Source: the human T2T-CHM13v2.0 reference genome, Homo sapiens. From it: DNA of 64,000 bases. The DNA is taken from assembly GCF_009914755.1 (NCBI RefSeq), contig NC_060934.1; one strand, 5' to 3'. Position 1 is the stretch's first letter. Each line of letters starts with the position of its first letter. Positions 34,146 to 56,780 of this stretch are shown piece by piece. A program made the translations under genes and the position numbers. Under the pieces are notes generated by a model that searched no databases, was not told where the DNA came from, and saw only the letters and a list, made by a program, of their open reading frames with translations.

Positions 34146-35721
34146 TTAAATCTAAATTTTATTTTATTTTATTTTATGGCCATGCTCCCTCTAATAAATC
34201 TAAATTTTAAATAAATAAGTCCAAGTATTATTGTGTTTATGTGTATAAACCTGCACACACACACAAAAGTGTACACACCCTGCTGGTTTCTATTACAAGA
34301 ATGTTAAGTTTGGTTTGACATTCAACAGTCAATTAGTATAAGTCATCACATCCAAAGAATAAAGGAGAAAAATAAAATTATTTCAAAAGGTGCAGAGTAA
34401 GTATTTGAGAGAAATTTAACCTTATTTGTAATTAAAAAAATCTTTTTAACAGCTTGAGAATATATGTTAATGAGTACATTAAAAATCCTATAACAACCAT
34501 CAAACTTCATGGTGAATATTGACAACTCTCCACATGCCACACCCACCACCCCTGAGATTGAGGATGGACAAGAATACCCACTATCACTACTTATAGTCAG
34601 CATTCTGCTGGAGGTCCTAGCCACTGCAATTTGTATACCAATTTTATATCTTGCAACCTTGCCAAACTTATTAGCTCTAGTAGTTTTTTTGTGTGTGGAT
34701 TCCTTAGGATTTTCCATAGACAAGATTATGTCATGTGCAGATATAGTTTTACTTCTTTCTTTATGATCTGGATCACTTTTATTTCTTTATCTTGTCCAAT
34801 TGCTCAGCCACTGCAGTTTGGCAAGAGCTAAATAAGGCATAAAGATTAAGAAAGGAAGAAATAAAACTGTCATTCACAGAGGACATGATTATACAAAAAT
34901 AATCTGCAAATTATTACAATTTAAATGAATGTCACAAAGCCTCTCACTGGATAACAAGGTCAACATAGTTTTGTAGCAACAGAATCTGTATATACTAGCC
35001 ATAAACAAATATAAAACGTCTAAGAATAAATCTATTGAAGGATGTGCAAGAACACTTTACTGAAAACCACAAAAATAGTTCTGAGAAACATACAAAAGAC
35101 TTAAAGTGAAGAGATATACCATGTTAATGAATAGGAAGATTGAATATTTTAATGATGTCAAATGGCCCCCAAATTGTTCTACATAATCAATTAAATCCAA
35201 TCAAATTCTAGCACTTTATTTTGTGGAAATTGACTAGCTGATTCTAAAGTGTTTTATGGAAATGTAAAGGGCTTCTTTCTTCTGGAGTTGCCTTGTGGAC
35301 AGGATTTGAGACAACCCAGGCCAGGTTTCTCTGGTCCATGGGAAGCATGCGTATGCTTTTTGCCCTGACTATGTCTGTAGAGAACAGCCCAAACAACAAC
35401 CTCCTCCCCATCAGAGCAGAGAGCCAGCTAGTCTCTTGCCATTTAGATTTTTCAGGGATGAGTCAGAGATACCAGTCTACTCTGTCCTGCAGAAAAGGAT
35501 ACTTATCAACTTTTCCAAGCGGCCCTAGAAAAGTCACTGCTAGTCAGAAATCTCACCTTGGAATGTGGGGGTGGCTGGCATCTATCCGGATGTCAGATGA
35601 AACAGAAACAGTTCCACTGTAGTAGCCTGCTCTATAAACACACAGAGAACCCCTATTACATGTGAGCTATGAAGCTATTAGAAACTACAGCTTTGCAGAC
35701 TACTTTGAAAATGTGCAAGTG

Positions 35722-36045
35722 GGCCGGGCGTGGTGGCTCACGCCTGTAATCCCAGCACTTTGGGAGGCCGAGGCGGGTAGATCATGAGGTCAGGAGATCG
35801 AGACCATCCTGGCTAACACAGTGAAACCCCGTCTCTACTTGAAAATACAAAAAATTAGCAGGGCGTGGTGGCAGGTGTCTGTAGTCCCAGCTACTCCGGA
35901 GGCTGAGGCAGGACAGTAGTGTAAGTAAACCCGGGAGGCGGAGCTTGCAGTAAGCCTAGATCGCGCCACCGCACTCCAGCCTGGGCGACAGAGCAAGACT
36001 CCATCTCAAAAAACAAACAAACAAACAAACAAACAAACAAACAAA
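35722..36045 (+). mobile_element. AluY with (AAAC)n tail
   Basis: TSD aaaatgtgcaagtg. Confidence 0.95.
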
Positions 36046-36201
36046 AAATGTGCAAGTGAAATAAGTGACAAAAAGCAAACACAAGATATTCTGTTCATAT
36101 GAAACACTGCGAGGCGACACTTGTGTTTGTAGATTGACAGAAATTGGAGGTGGAGTTAAAGAGGTAGAAACTCAGTATAACATTCATTGCCTCTTTTGCT
36201 A

Positions 36202-36691
<490 letters not shown>

Positions 36692-37584
36692 TCACTAGCT
36701 TGAGTGCAACTTCTGGGGAGTTGATGGCAGTGATCTGTGGGTACTTCCTTCTTAACAAATTTTACATCAATACTGCAACACAGCAATCTCAGCCCTGTGG
36801 GCTATACCATAGCCACATGCTTTCACCATTTCCTGCTCAAAGGGAGAGCCCAGGAACTGAATGCTCTTAATCAGGGAGAGCACAGAAACAGCAGCAGAAC
36901 AGCTGGAGAACCAGGGCTGTGTGGTTTTGGACTGTGGGGAGGGTGGGCCATGGGCAGACTTGACACAATGTGGGAGGGCATTTGACACAGCCCCGTGGAG
37001 GACCTAATGCTCGGGGAGGCCTTCACCCAGCACAGTGAGCCATGCCGACACTTGGTGCCTGAGTGCGCTGGTCACAGCGCCCTCCCTGTGATTTTCCCCA
37101 TAGCAGTGTGTTTTCTCTGCCAGGCAGAAGGCAGAGAAACCCTGGCTGAAAAAGCAGTGAGGGTCATCGACTGCATGAACACATCATCAGCTTTCCCAGA
37201 TGGAGGCACCCAAGTTTACCCTGCAGGTCCATTCAGCAGGTAGAGCTGGGTCATCACTAAACAGGATCTTTCTTCTGAGCATCTGAGATTCTGGTCCAAA
37301 TCAGGGCTGTGAGGACCAGGAGCCGGGATTCCGAGCCCAGGCAGCCCCGCAGATAAGGAGGAGGGAGTGTGTCGGAAGGCTGTATGGCCAGAGCCGCTGA
37401 CCGGGCCAGGGCTTCTTTGTCCCCTCTTCTCTCCTGCATATCAGCACTCACGTCCTCCTGGCTCGGGCTGGCTGGCAGCTCGGGGAGCTGTTGGATGAAA
37501 CGTCCATGCGTGTGGCTGTGGCTGTCACATGCAACTGCGAGGATGGTCGGCTCCCAAAGCGGAACCGCGGTGCTGGGCGAAGGG

Positions 37585-46048
<8,464 letters not shown>

Positions 46049-46055
<7 letters not shown>

Positions 46056-46419
46056 GGGGCTGCTCCCGCAGGCTGGTCTCGCCGGTCTGGGCGGCTGGGG
46101 CTGGGCTGCCAGGCCGTCTCTTAAAGCGCCGCGGGGCGCCGTCGGGCGAGCACAGGGGCGGTCCGTGGTGCTGCTGGTGCCCAGCTGCGGCGCGGGGAGC
46201 CGCGCAGTGCACGGCAGGGGCAGGGACCCAGCGCCCCGAGGCCGCAGTCCCGCCCCAGCCAGTCCCTGGCCCAGGCCCAGGCCCGGCGGTGGAGGGGCGC
46301 AGAGCCGACCGTGAGCTCCCGGAAACCGCAGGGCTCCAGCCAGGGCGGGTCCCGGGCGCCAGGGGCGCCAGGGGCTCCCTGCGGCTTGGGGCAGGGTGCG
46401 GTGAGAGTACCACCCCCAT
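46049..46419 (-). CDS. SYT15B: Alternative-frame exon 1 CDS (MGVVLSPHPAP...EQPHG) of a predicted 474-aa exon-2-skipping isoform
   Basis: gggATGg at 46419; 371 nt open to the same donor; phase 2 fits exon 3. Confidence 0.6.
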
Positions 46420-47709
46420 CCCGGAGAGCAGGGCTACAGCCTTCACCGCCGCGTCTGACACAGGGCTCCGCACCCGACCCCTCACACCTGGTGGCCAGGA
46501 CTGAGCCCCCGCCCTCCCAGATCCTCCTCAAGCCGAGGCCCCTCCAGCCGCAGCTCCGACCCCGGCTCGGGGGAGCCTTCCCGGATCCCGGGGTGGAGTC
46601 TCCGCGCGGGTCCCGGGCCCCAGCGCTGCCTGCCTGATGGCCTTGGGCAGGGATGCGGCGCTCGCGCACCCGTTCGCTCTCAGCGGACAAACCGGTCGAG
46701 AGCGCAATTCTGGAGCGGGTTCCAGAAGCTCCTGGGTTCCAATTCAGGCTCCTCACTCGCCAGCCCTGCGATTTGGGACAACTTAACGTTCGTATGCTGG
46801 GTTCAGTCTTCTCAATTGGGTTAATGTCCGTGAGGGGCTCTCGTAAGGGCGGCTGGCCTGCCGGTAACTTAAGAAGCATGTAAAGAGCACTTAGAGCGGA
46901 GGAGCGGCGCGGCCCAGCCCCTGTTACGGTGGTTATCGGATGGAGGCCAGCGTCGCCTGGGTCCCCTCTGTACACCCAGCGCCTATTATTATGGTGATTA
47001 TTAGAACGCAGGGCCCGTGCCCACTAGTCCAGGCTGGCGAACGCGCCTTGCGGGAAAGGCGGGAGTAAGGTCGCTGCGTGTCCTCTCTGGTCACCCCTCG
47101 GCGCGCCCTGGTCGCGCCCCTATGGTTCCCCCGCCGAGGCCTCGAGGCGTCTGAGTGGGGAGCGAAAGGAATGTGTGTATCTGTGGTGCAGGGGAGTGTG
47201 TGTGTGTGGGGGGGAGGGGGTGGTTGTGGGGGAGTGCGTGTTTTGGGGGGATGGACCTTCTCGTTTTACAGCCTTGAAGGTTATGTCCAGAGTCATAGCC
47301 TGGGTCCCACACCCCCGCGTCACCTGTGCCTGTCCTAGGGGCCAGTCAGTGTGCGTGAGGCTCCACCCTGCCTGGGCTTTGGCTCACCTAAGGCGAGGAG
47401 GGTGGTGAACTGGGGTGCCCCACTGGGCCGGGTCTGGGAGCCCTCAGGGCCAGGGTGCAGAGGCCGCAGCCACTCCCCTTCTAGGGTCTGGGCGGTGGGG
47501 GCATGAGAAGGCGGAGACCCAGGCCACTTCACCCAGTAACTGTCCTCAGCTGTGCGCTTAACTGGCGAGATCTCCGCTCTACTTGGAGACAGTCTGGGGT
47601 GTCTGGAGAATCCTCCCCCACTTCTGCTTACCCCAGGTCGCTGTGGGAGCAGGTGTCTCAGGAAATGGGGCCTGGGTCCCACCCAAGGCCTCGGGTCTGA
47701 GTTAGATGT

Positions 47710-48650
47710 CTGTATGTTTGTTGTTGCCCCTGCAACAAAGTACCACAGATTGAGTAGTTTAAGCCACACGCATGTTATCTCACAGTTCGGGGGGTCGGGA
47801 ATCTAAACTGGGTTGGCAGGGCCTGTGCCTTCTGGAGGCAAGGGAGCTGTTTCCCAGCGTTTCCAGCTCCTAGAGGCTGCTAGCTAGTGGCCCTTTCCTT
47901 TGTCTTCAAAGCCGGCAGCACAGCCTTTTCTAACCTCTCCCACTCCAGGTCATTTCACATCAACTCTTTCTGCCTCCCTCTTGTAAGTGTGATACCCTAC
48001 CTTGTTTTAACCTGAATTGACTGTCCCTTAGCTGAGAGAGCCAGACACACTCCATTTTGGCTCCTTCACTTGCAGCCCCTTACCCACCCCCCTTCCTCAA
48101 GGACTTAACTTGTGCAAGCTGACTCCCAGCACATCAAAGAATGCAATTAATGGATAAGATACTGTGGCAAGCTATATCCGCAGTTCCCAGGAATTTGCCC
48201 AGTTGATAGTACCCTAAGCCCCCACATTTGTGTCCGGTTGATGGTACCCAAAGCCCCCGCATCTATCGCCTTGTGATGGATTTAAAACCCCTGCACCTGG
48301 AACTGTTTGTTTTCCTGTAACCATTTGTCTTTTAACTTTTTGCCTGTTTTGCTTCTGTAAGAGTGCTTCAGCTAGGCTCCTCCTCCCCTTTCTAAACCAA
48401 AGTATAAAAGAAAATCTAGCCCTTTCTTCAGGGCCGAGAGAATTTTGAGCACTAGCCATCTCTCGGTTGCCGGCTAATAAAGGACTTCTGAATTCATCTC
48501 AGAGTGTGGCGTTTCTCTATAAGAGGCTCATCAGATAATCCAGGATAACCACCACCCCCATCTCAAGATCATTAACTTAATCACACCTGCAAAGCCCCTT
48601 TTGCTATGTAGTCACGGGGTTGGGGATGAGGACTTGATATCTCTAGGACC
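47710..48650. mobile_element. MLT1-type LTR split by an ERV1 LTR
   Basis: aacaaagtaccacagattg...tatctcacagttc and gataatccaggataa...taacttaatcacacctgcaaag. Confidence 0.75.
47988..48522 (+). mobile_element. ERV1 solo LTR, LTR6-like (HERV-S71 family), apparently 3'-truncated
   Basis: tgtgataccctaccttgttttaacctgaa start, TATAAAA 48403-48409, AATAAA 48476-48481; family from recollection. Confidence 0.75.
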
Positions 48651-51600
48651 ATTGTGTGGACCATGTTGTCCATGCAGTACCCTGGGAGGGGTGGCTTACA
48701 TTTCCCCTTCCTCTGTCTAGAGTTCAGTGTGCCTCAACACTGGACTCAGGCAGCTAGCAAGGCTCAGGGGACCCCTACATGGAACCCGTCAGCTATCTTG
48801 ACCCCTTCCCCCAGCTGCCATGCACCCCCACCTGACCACCCCAGTGGGGCATGGCATCCACACCAGCTGCCTCCATGATTGCGCCCGAGCTGTACTCAGG
48901 CTGTTCTGGGGGTGGAGTTGGGTAGTGGGATGTTTTTTGAAAAGGGAATCCCTTCTGGCACTTCCTGAGTGCCAGGCCCAGAGCTGCCATCTCTCGACCC
49001 CCATGCTGTGCTTTTCCAAAGTCCCCATCTTTCTCTGTGTCACCAAGTCCTGACAGCTGTTCCTCCTCTGTCCATCTCTATCATGGCAAAAAACCTTGCC
49101 CAGCCCTCCATCACCTCTCATCTGGAGCTCTGCATGGGCCTCCTCTCAGCTCTTCAGATTCCATGCGGCACCCACTCCCCTTCCCAACTGTTGTCTTCCA
49201 GGCTCCCCTCCCATTCTCATCCCCCCCACCACCCATCTCTCTGCAGTGCTTGTGCCCAGACTGATGCAGCTACTTCCACGGCTCTGCTTATGCACTGGGC
49301 TCTCCCACCATGCTGCTCTCTCCCTGTCTGAAATACTCAATGCCCCTCCCACCCTCCTTCTCCACTGCTCATGTTTCAAGATGAACCCCCAGCATCTTGC
49401 CTTCTGTGAAACCCTTCATCATCCCCTCGTCCTCATGGTCCTTGCAGCTACCATGCCGAATATGGGACTCTGTGCCTGAGACTGCTGCCTCACTCTTCCT
49501 GGCAGCCGAGGGCCTCCATGAAGGCAGGGGGCCGTGTCTTATTCAGCTTGGCATCGCCACTATCCACCTCCAGGGCTGAGGCTGTGCTGAATGGCAGATG
49601 AAGGGCTCTTGCCATTGGGATGAGCTGCCCCAGCTTCTGCCCACATTGTCCATGCATCATACACATCCTGGGCTCACAATTTAGGGCCCAACAGGAGCTC
49701 CCTGCCCTGGTCCTGCAGACCAGCTTCTGGGGTCTGCAAAATCACGTTGTCAGCTCTATCTGCAAAATCCTTACACTGCCAGCCAGCCCACTGAGTTTTG
49801 AGTCAATCTTCCTCCACGGGAAGATAAAAGCAGGTGGCAGGAGGGAGCTCATCTTTCTTGCTGCTCCTGATGTTCTGAGCATTGAGATGCAGGCCTGATG
49901 TACACGATCCCATGGAGCCCTGCCTCATGTCTGCCCTGCAGGGTCATGACCTCCTCCTCAGATGAGGAAACTGAATCAAAGAGGTTTCCTGGCCCACCCA
50001 CTAAGTGGTGGATCTAGGCCTGGCACCTGGCTCCCTCGTTCCTTCTTCACCAGTGAGCAGCTGTAGGGCAAGGACCCAGGAGACCCTCTCCTGTGGCGCT
50101 GACCGTGAATCAGGCAAAGAGCCACAGGCACTTTGGGCAGCCTCCCCTCCATCCACTGCCCGGGGGCTCTGAGACCTGGCTGGCCTGGAGCCAGCTCCCC
50201 AGAACAGAAAGGCATCCAGGGTCTGGCAGCAGCTCTGGCTCTGCTTCCTGTTTTCAGACCTTGTTCTTCCCCGTGTCTGTGGAGCTGGGAAGCCTGGAAA
50301 CAGCAGCAGACATGGGTTCTGTCTTTCATGGCCAAGCGGAAGTTGTATTTCCATGGCAAAAGCACTTCCAAGGAGGGCTGCAGGAAGTCCAAGAGTTTAA
50401 AGACCTGCAAATGCCTGCAGGTGATTAATAATTCATTGCAGCAGATGATTACGAGAAAGGCCACTTTCAATTAACCTTAAGAATCATCCCTGTCTAAGGA
50501 AGTGTCATCTCTCATCACTGAGGAACACAGAGGCCATAGCAGGATAAAGGCCACGCTGAGAAGCATGTGGAAGACTGTGTTTCTCAATTCATGCAAATTG
50601 CACCAGGTCAGCCCAGGTCCTTCTTTGTGAGGAGGGGGAGGGTTCCCCTGCCAGCATCCTGTCTGCTCTTTGGTTCTGCTATGGCGGCCTCAGACTTAAT
50701 TTCCTCCAGCCCCTTCTTTTGAGGAGCTTGGAGGGAGTATCTTTCCTTGTTGGATCAGAACTTCTCGTCCCCCACTGAAACATGCTGGCTCCAAATTGTG
50801 TCTCCTCCTGCAGACAGTCACTCCAACTGGCAGGGTGGGCTTGGGCCTGTGGCTCCCTCCTGCCCCTGGGCGTGGTTTCTGCTTCCTGCCCTGCTGCTCC
50901 CCTGCCTGGCAGGCCTGCTCCCCTGCCTCCTCTCAACCAGCACCAGAACTCTGCCTTCCCTCTGGAGGGAACAACTTCCTTCCCCTTCCCTGTCCACACA
51001 GTACCTGGCACTCCCCTACTCACCCCTATTCTAGCGCTTTGTCCATGACCCAGGCCTGGCTGCTCAGCCTAGTTCATTTCTGGCTGCAGTGATAGGTTCA
51101 GGGATGTCCCTGTGACGCCACCCCCTGCCCCCGTGAGAGGCTAATCAGGATCAACACTGGAATTTTATGGGATGTACTGGGGAAGAGACACCTCCTTTCT
51201 GGCAGGAGTTGTTGAGCAGAAGGAGCTAAGTCTGGGGCCATGGAAAGCCCCACGTGGAGGAGCCAGAGAGGATGGAGCCAGCACAGGTGCTGAGGTGGGG
51301 ACCTATGTTGTCCTGGCAGCCCCTGCATCCTGCTGCATGCAGCCCCTGCCCCTGGAGGGGTGGAGAGAGAGGGCGGCAGAGGGGAGTGAGCCCGCCAAGG
51401 CCACTGTGTTAGCAAGGAGCTGAGCCGGCGTTGGCATCAGCTGTTCCAGCTTCAGTCTCTTGACCACCAAGGCTGCCCCTCAGCATGGAGCAGAAGTCAG
51501 GAACTGAGGCAAGGCTTGTCCTTCCTCAATCGTCACCTCTGGGCACTCAGCTGTCCTAAAGTTTTTTGACCCCCCTTAGGGATGGGATCTTTTCAGCAAG

Positions 51601-53232
51601 GGCCATTTGTGGCAAACAACAATTAATTTACTGCTCAGCCTCCATGGCTCACTCCTGCCCCTCCTCCAGCTTCTGTGCTAACAACTGACCCACATTTTTT
51701 TTTTCAGGAACAGCAATGTGCTCAGTCACCAGGCATGCATCCAATGAGCCATAAGAGGGCAGAAAGACTTTGTTTTTTGATGTATTAATATGCTAAATTG
51801 ATGTGTCGGTTAAGACATGAAGAAATTAGCTATCAAACTCCAAAGAGTGGTGACAGACTAAGACGCAGATTTCCAAAGGTGGCTGAGAACCTGCTGGACA
51901 ACTGTCCCCCAGTGAGAGGAAGGGCTGAGAGAGTGAGGGAGGGAGGGGATTTGCCAGATTCCTTTCTTGAGGGCTGGGGCTGTGATGTGGACTCCCACCT
52001 CCTACGGCTGGCCAGGGCTGGGGAGGGGGGTGTGCTCGGGGAGGGGGCTGTGCTGAGGTAGAGAGGGGGCAGGTGGAGCAGAGGACAGCCTGCCCTCCAG
52101 CCCAGAGAGTGGGGGATTCAACTCTGCTCTGAGAGCTTGCTTTCTGTCCCCTGGAGTTTGGGAGGCAGACGGACTGCTGGTGGAGGTGCACAGGCAATTG
52201 TGGCTTCTTGGTTCTGATGAAGAGAGTAGGCAGCTGCTGTGTTGGGAAGCAGCCGGGCTCCCTCAGATGCCAGCCAAAGGTTTGTGGATCTTGGGCACAT
52301 GACACGCCACTGGTAGTGCGAGTGTGGCTCAGAGTGTGATGGGGAATTGTCACTGACATGTGCCTGGGGACTTGTCAGGATGTGGAATGTGTACATATTT
52401 CCCACAACCAGACATTGGCCATGTGAATGAAAGAGCCGGTGTGTGATCATCTCAGTCCTGACCACAGGCCCTACCCAGAGGGCATATGTAGCACAGTGGA
52501 AGGAAGTAGGAGGTGAACTTTCTAGGGGTAGAGGAGGGAGCAAGTGGCTTCTGATTCATTTGCTCAGGTCAAGGGCACTCTGGTTCTGGAGTGGGTGTCA
52601 GGGGTGAAGGATCGAGGGTTCCTTTCAAAGGGCCCATTTGAGCATGAAACCTCTTCCAGATCTGGAGAGGTAAGGCATCTTACGAGACCATCAAGACAGA
52701 ACTTTCCAAATCCCCTTCCTTTCCTCTGCTCATGCTCTTACCTCAGAAGTCTGCTACGGGCAGTGAGAGAGGAGAGAGGAGGCTGACCATGGCACCCTCT
52801 CCAAGGGCAGAGGCTGTCTGTGGCTGGCCCTCACCATGGGAGATGGGGAGACTTAACTCAAGTTTGCAGATTTGATTATTACCTAGGTGGCCTTTCTGAT
52901 GACTGTCTTGGGACTGCGGGGACAGTGGCTAGAAGGGAATGATCTCTGCTGAATACCTGCTCCTTCCAAGTGTGGCCTCCATAGGGAGCTCGGGGCTCTC
53001 ACATGTCCTCCTTTGTTCCCTCAAATAGATCCCAAGATCTTGAACGAGACCATTTTACTGGGCTTTAGTGCTCAAGGCTGAGGTTTCACTTCCATAAAAA
53101 AATCAGTTAAAAGTGCTGAGCCTGTGGGAAGGCTGTTCTTTGGTTACCTTCTGTGGTCAATTAAATGATTGGTCTCAAGTTCTCTCTTCCCTGTACCGGT
53201 ATTGTACTCCCACAGCCTTGCAACATGGTGGG

Positions 53233-53642
53233 TGCATTAGACTGTTTATATTGCTTATAAAGGAATTCCTGAGACTGGGTAATTTATAAAGAAAAGAGGT
53301 TTAATTGGCTTACAGTTCTGCAGGCTGTAAAGGAAGCATGGTGCCAGCATCTGCTTCTGGTGAGGCCTCAGGAAGCTTCTACTCATGGCAGAAGGTGGAA
53401 GGGGAGCAAGTGTGTCAAGTGGCAAGAAAGGGAACAAGAAAAAGGGATGCCCACTTTTTTAAACTACCAGATCTTGCCTGAACTCAGAGCAATAACTCAC
53501 TCATTACTAAAAGGAGGCACCAAGCCATTCATGAGGGATCTGCTCCCATGATCCAAATACCTCCCACCAGGCCCCACCTGCAACATTGGAAGCCACATTT
53601 CAACATGAGATTTGGAGGGGAAAAAACTTCCAAACCATATCA
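53233..53642 (-). mobile_element. MaLR solo LTR (MSTA/MSTB-like) nested in an older MLT1 LTR (~53150-53990)
   Basis: ctgagactgggtaatttataaagaaaagaggtttaattggc...caaaccatatca; 5-bp TSD gtggg. Confidence 0.92.
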
Positions 53643-54876
53643 GTGGGACACATGCTTCCCCATGATTTGACTTTGAGCATGGCCACATGACCTGCTTGGG
53701 CCACTGGAAAGTTGGCAGAGATGATGCGGCAGAGGCTGGAACTGCACCGTGCGGCTGGCCTTGCTCTCCTGTGCTTTAGCCAAGGCGGTGAGATGAGCAT
53801 GGCCCAGGGAGAGCTGGCTCCAGGCCAATGAGTGCTCTGTGGTGCAGGTCCAAACCCCACCTGGAGCCTGAGATCAAGGAGTTCAGCCTGAGCCAGCAGA
53901 CCCCAGCCAACCCACAGACATGGAAGGGAAAAATAAATGCTTCTGGATGATGCCATAGAGACTCTGTAAGCAGCAAAAGCTGAGCAAAACACTGTCACTC
54001 TCTTTTGATTCCTTTGGTGAGACTAGAGCTGTGAGCTGGCAGGGCCACACCCCTTGTCCCCTCTCCACGTGCCTCAAAGTTGTGGCTGAAGGTGGATGAT
54101 CTTGTCACTTTTCCTTACTGGCTGGCCTTGGTCTTCTCTGGACCAGCCTCTGCTGCTGTGGGAGGAATAAAGTGCTAAGGGGTAGTGGGTTTAGGGGAAA
54201 GAGAGAAGGCTTGTGGGGGACATCTGAGGTTTTCACACAGCATACTTTATCCTTCTTTTGTTGCAGTGGTGCCCCAGTCAAAAGTGCCCTCTGGGAAAGC
54301 CCTTCCCTCCTCTTGGGTGTGGTTGACTCCACCCTCTTCTTCTTCCAGCTGGGCTTGATTCCTCCACAGGTCCCTCCTCCTGGCTGCAGAGATTGGTTCA
54401 GGGAAACACAGAGCCAATGAGCTGCAAGGCTGATTTTTCTGACAATGCTGGACAGAGGCAAGGGTTCTTCCCGAGGGTCTTGAATTTAATGAGAGAATCT
54501 CAAATGATGAGAAAAAAGCTGGTCTGAGGACAGGGTCAGCTGAATAGGTCGTACCCAGAGAAAGAGAGGGAGAGAGATACTGGATGCTGGTGATGGGTGA
54601 ATGAGACAAGGCATGAAGCTAGAACACCACCTGGTTTTTCACTTAGGTGAGCCCACAAATTCCGATGTGTACTTAATGCCAGCTTGAGTAGGTATCTGCC
54701 ATTTGCAATCACAAGTCTTCAATGATACAAGATTGCCCACCTGCTTTGGGCCGTCTGTGGCCCAAATTTGTACCTGGCCTTATTTTAGGGACATACACCT
54801 TTCTTGGGTTTGCACACACACATGTGTGTTTACATTTGGACATAGTAGAACAAAATAATTTATATAAGGATTTTGA

Positions 54877-55291
<415 letters not shown>

Positions 55292-55989
55292 TATGGCAGG
55301 TACTTTTATCACTTAGGAAATCTTTTGGTTACAATTTACAGTAAATCTGACTAAATCTGACTAAATAAGCCTAAATAGGGCTTACACCATAAGAAGATTT
55401 GCTTTCGTATTTCATTAGCTCTAAGATGTCATTGATTGTGAAATGCACCACTGTTTTGCACCACTTTCTTTGTATAAGCAAAACTTGCTGCCAAACCATG
55501 AAGCCATTCTTTACTATCAAATCAGATATGAGAAGTGACAGTGGTGTCAGAATGTGAAAAAAAAAGGCCTTCCTTGGAATGGGGAGAAATGGTGTTACTT
55601 AGCAAGACATTTGTGGTTGGGTAGCCTCAGATTTGACTTGGCAGCTCAACATCATCATCTAAGATCCAGATTCCTTGGATGTGTCACCTGCTCTGCCACC
55701 TTCAAGTTTCGAGATGGCTTGGTGTCTTCTAACACCAAGTTCAAAGGCAGGAAAAGAAGGAAAGGAATCTGATAGGGAAAGTGTTTATTTCCTCACTCAC
55801 ATCCCTCATCTTATCAGAAAGCCTCCAGCACACTGACCCTCCATACCTTGTTGCTCACTGGCCAGACCCACACACAGCCATGCTGGTTTCAAGGAGACCA
55901 AGAAAGTGTGTATCTGACCTTTTCAGTCCTATAATGGGAGACTGGTTGAAGGAAGAGGACATAAGAAATGGCTGTCAATGCCACGGGAT

Positions 55990-56130
55990 TTCAATTCCAA
56001 TTTTACAGATGAGAAAACTAAAGCTGGAAGAGGTTAGGCAACTCGCCCAAGGTCACACAACTAGAAATCGGTCAACCCCAGATTTGAATCCAGTGTCGAA
56101 TGATTCAAAGTTCTTCCCATTGCACCATAA
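55990..56130. mobile_element. MIR fragment
   Basis: ttttacagatgagaaaact...gcccaaggtcacacaact. Confidence 0.8.
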
Positions 56131-56780
56131 ATCATCTGTACATGAAAGACCGAAGACTGAGAAACCTCAAATACAGAGCAGGTAAATAGTAAGGAACGTG
56201 TTTGGATGAAATACCAGAACACCTGACCATCAGTGGATCAGATAGGGGTTTATTGTTGTTATGTAGCCAGCACCCCAGAGATCAGCAGCCCAGGGTGGCA
56301 CAGATGCTTAAGGGTTTCATCAAGATCCCAGGCTCCCTCATCATCCTCCTTCACCTTCTGGAGTGTGTGGTTTCTGTCCTTAAGTTCACAGTATGGCTGC
56401 TGCGTCTCAAGGCATCACATCTAGCTTTCCAAGAAACCCCTACCTAGTGATTCCCTCTTACATCTCATTGGTTAGAACAAGGTCACGTGTAACTAACCCC
56501 AGATACAAGGAAGTTACAAGGAAAAGTAAATATATTTAGCTAGACAATTGTCATCCCAGTCAAAACTGGTGCTCTGTTTTGGAAGAAGAGGAGAGAGAAA
56601 TTGGGTAGTGGTTGTCATTAGTGAAGTGGGTATTTGGCCACTATATTTGGTTTTCTTTCTTCTAGGCAGATGGTACAACCCTTGGGGTTAGTTAAGGATG
56701 TGTAACTTACTTTGATCAATGAAATGGGAGCAGAAGTGAGATGTATCACTTTCTAGTGGAAGCTTTAAAAGTTGGTGCAT

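Larger units (their letters stand above)
30250..35270 (+). mobile_element. Long degenerate L1M (5'/ORF1/ORF2 remnants) interrupted by Alus
   Basis: A-rich L1 motifs, e.g. ctaacacatatgtaactggagtc, aactgcagaatgcacattctttcaagtgca, gaaattgactagctgattctaaa. Confidence 0.75.

Noticed and set aside
46121-46975. 284-aa ORF and other overlapping ORFs in the SYT15 promoter
   Set aside because: Stop depletion in a CpG island; no recognisable domain, and it ends before the exon-1 donor.
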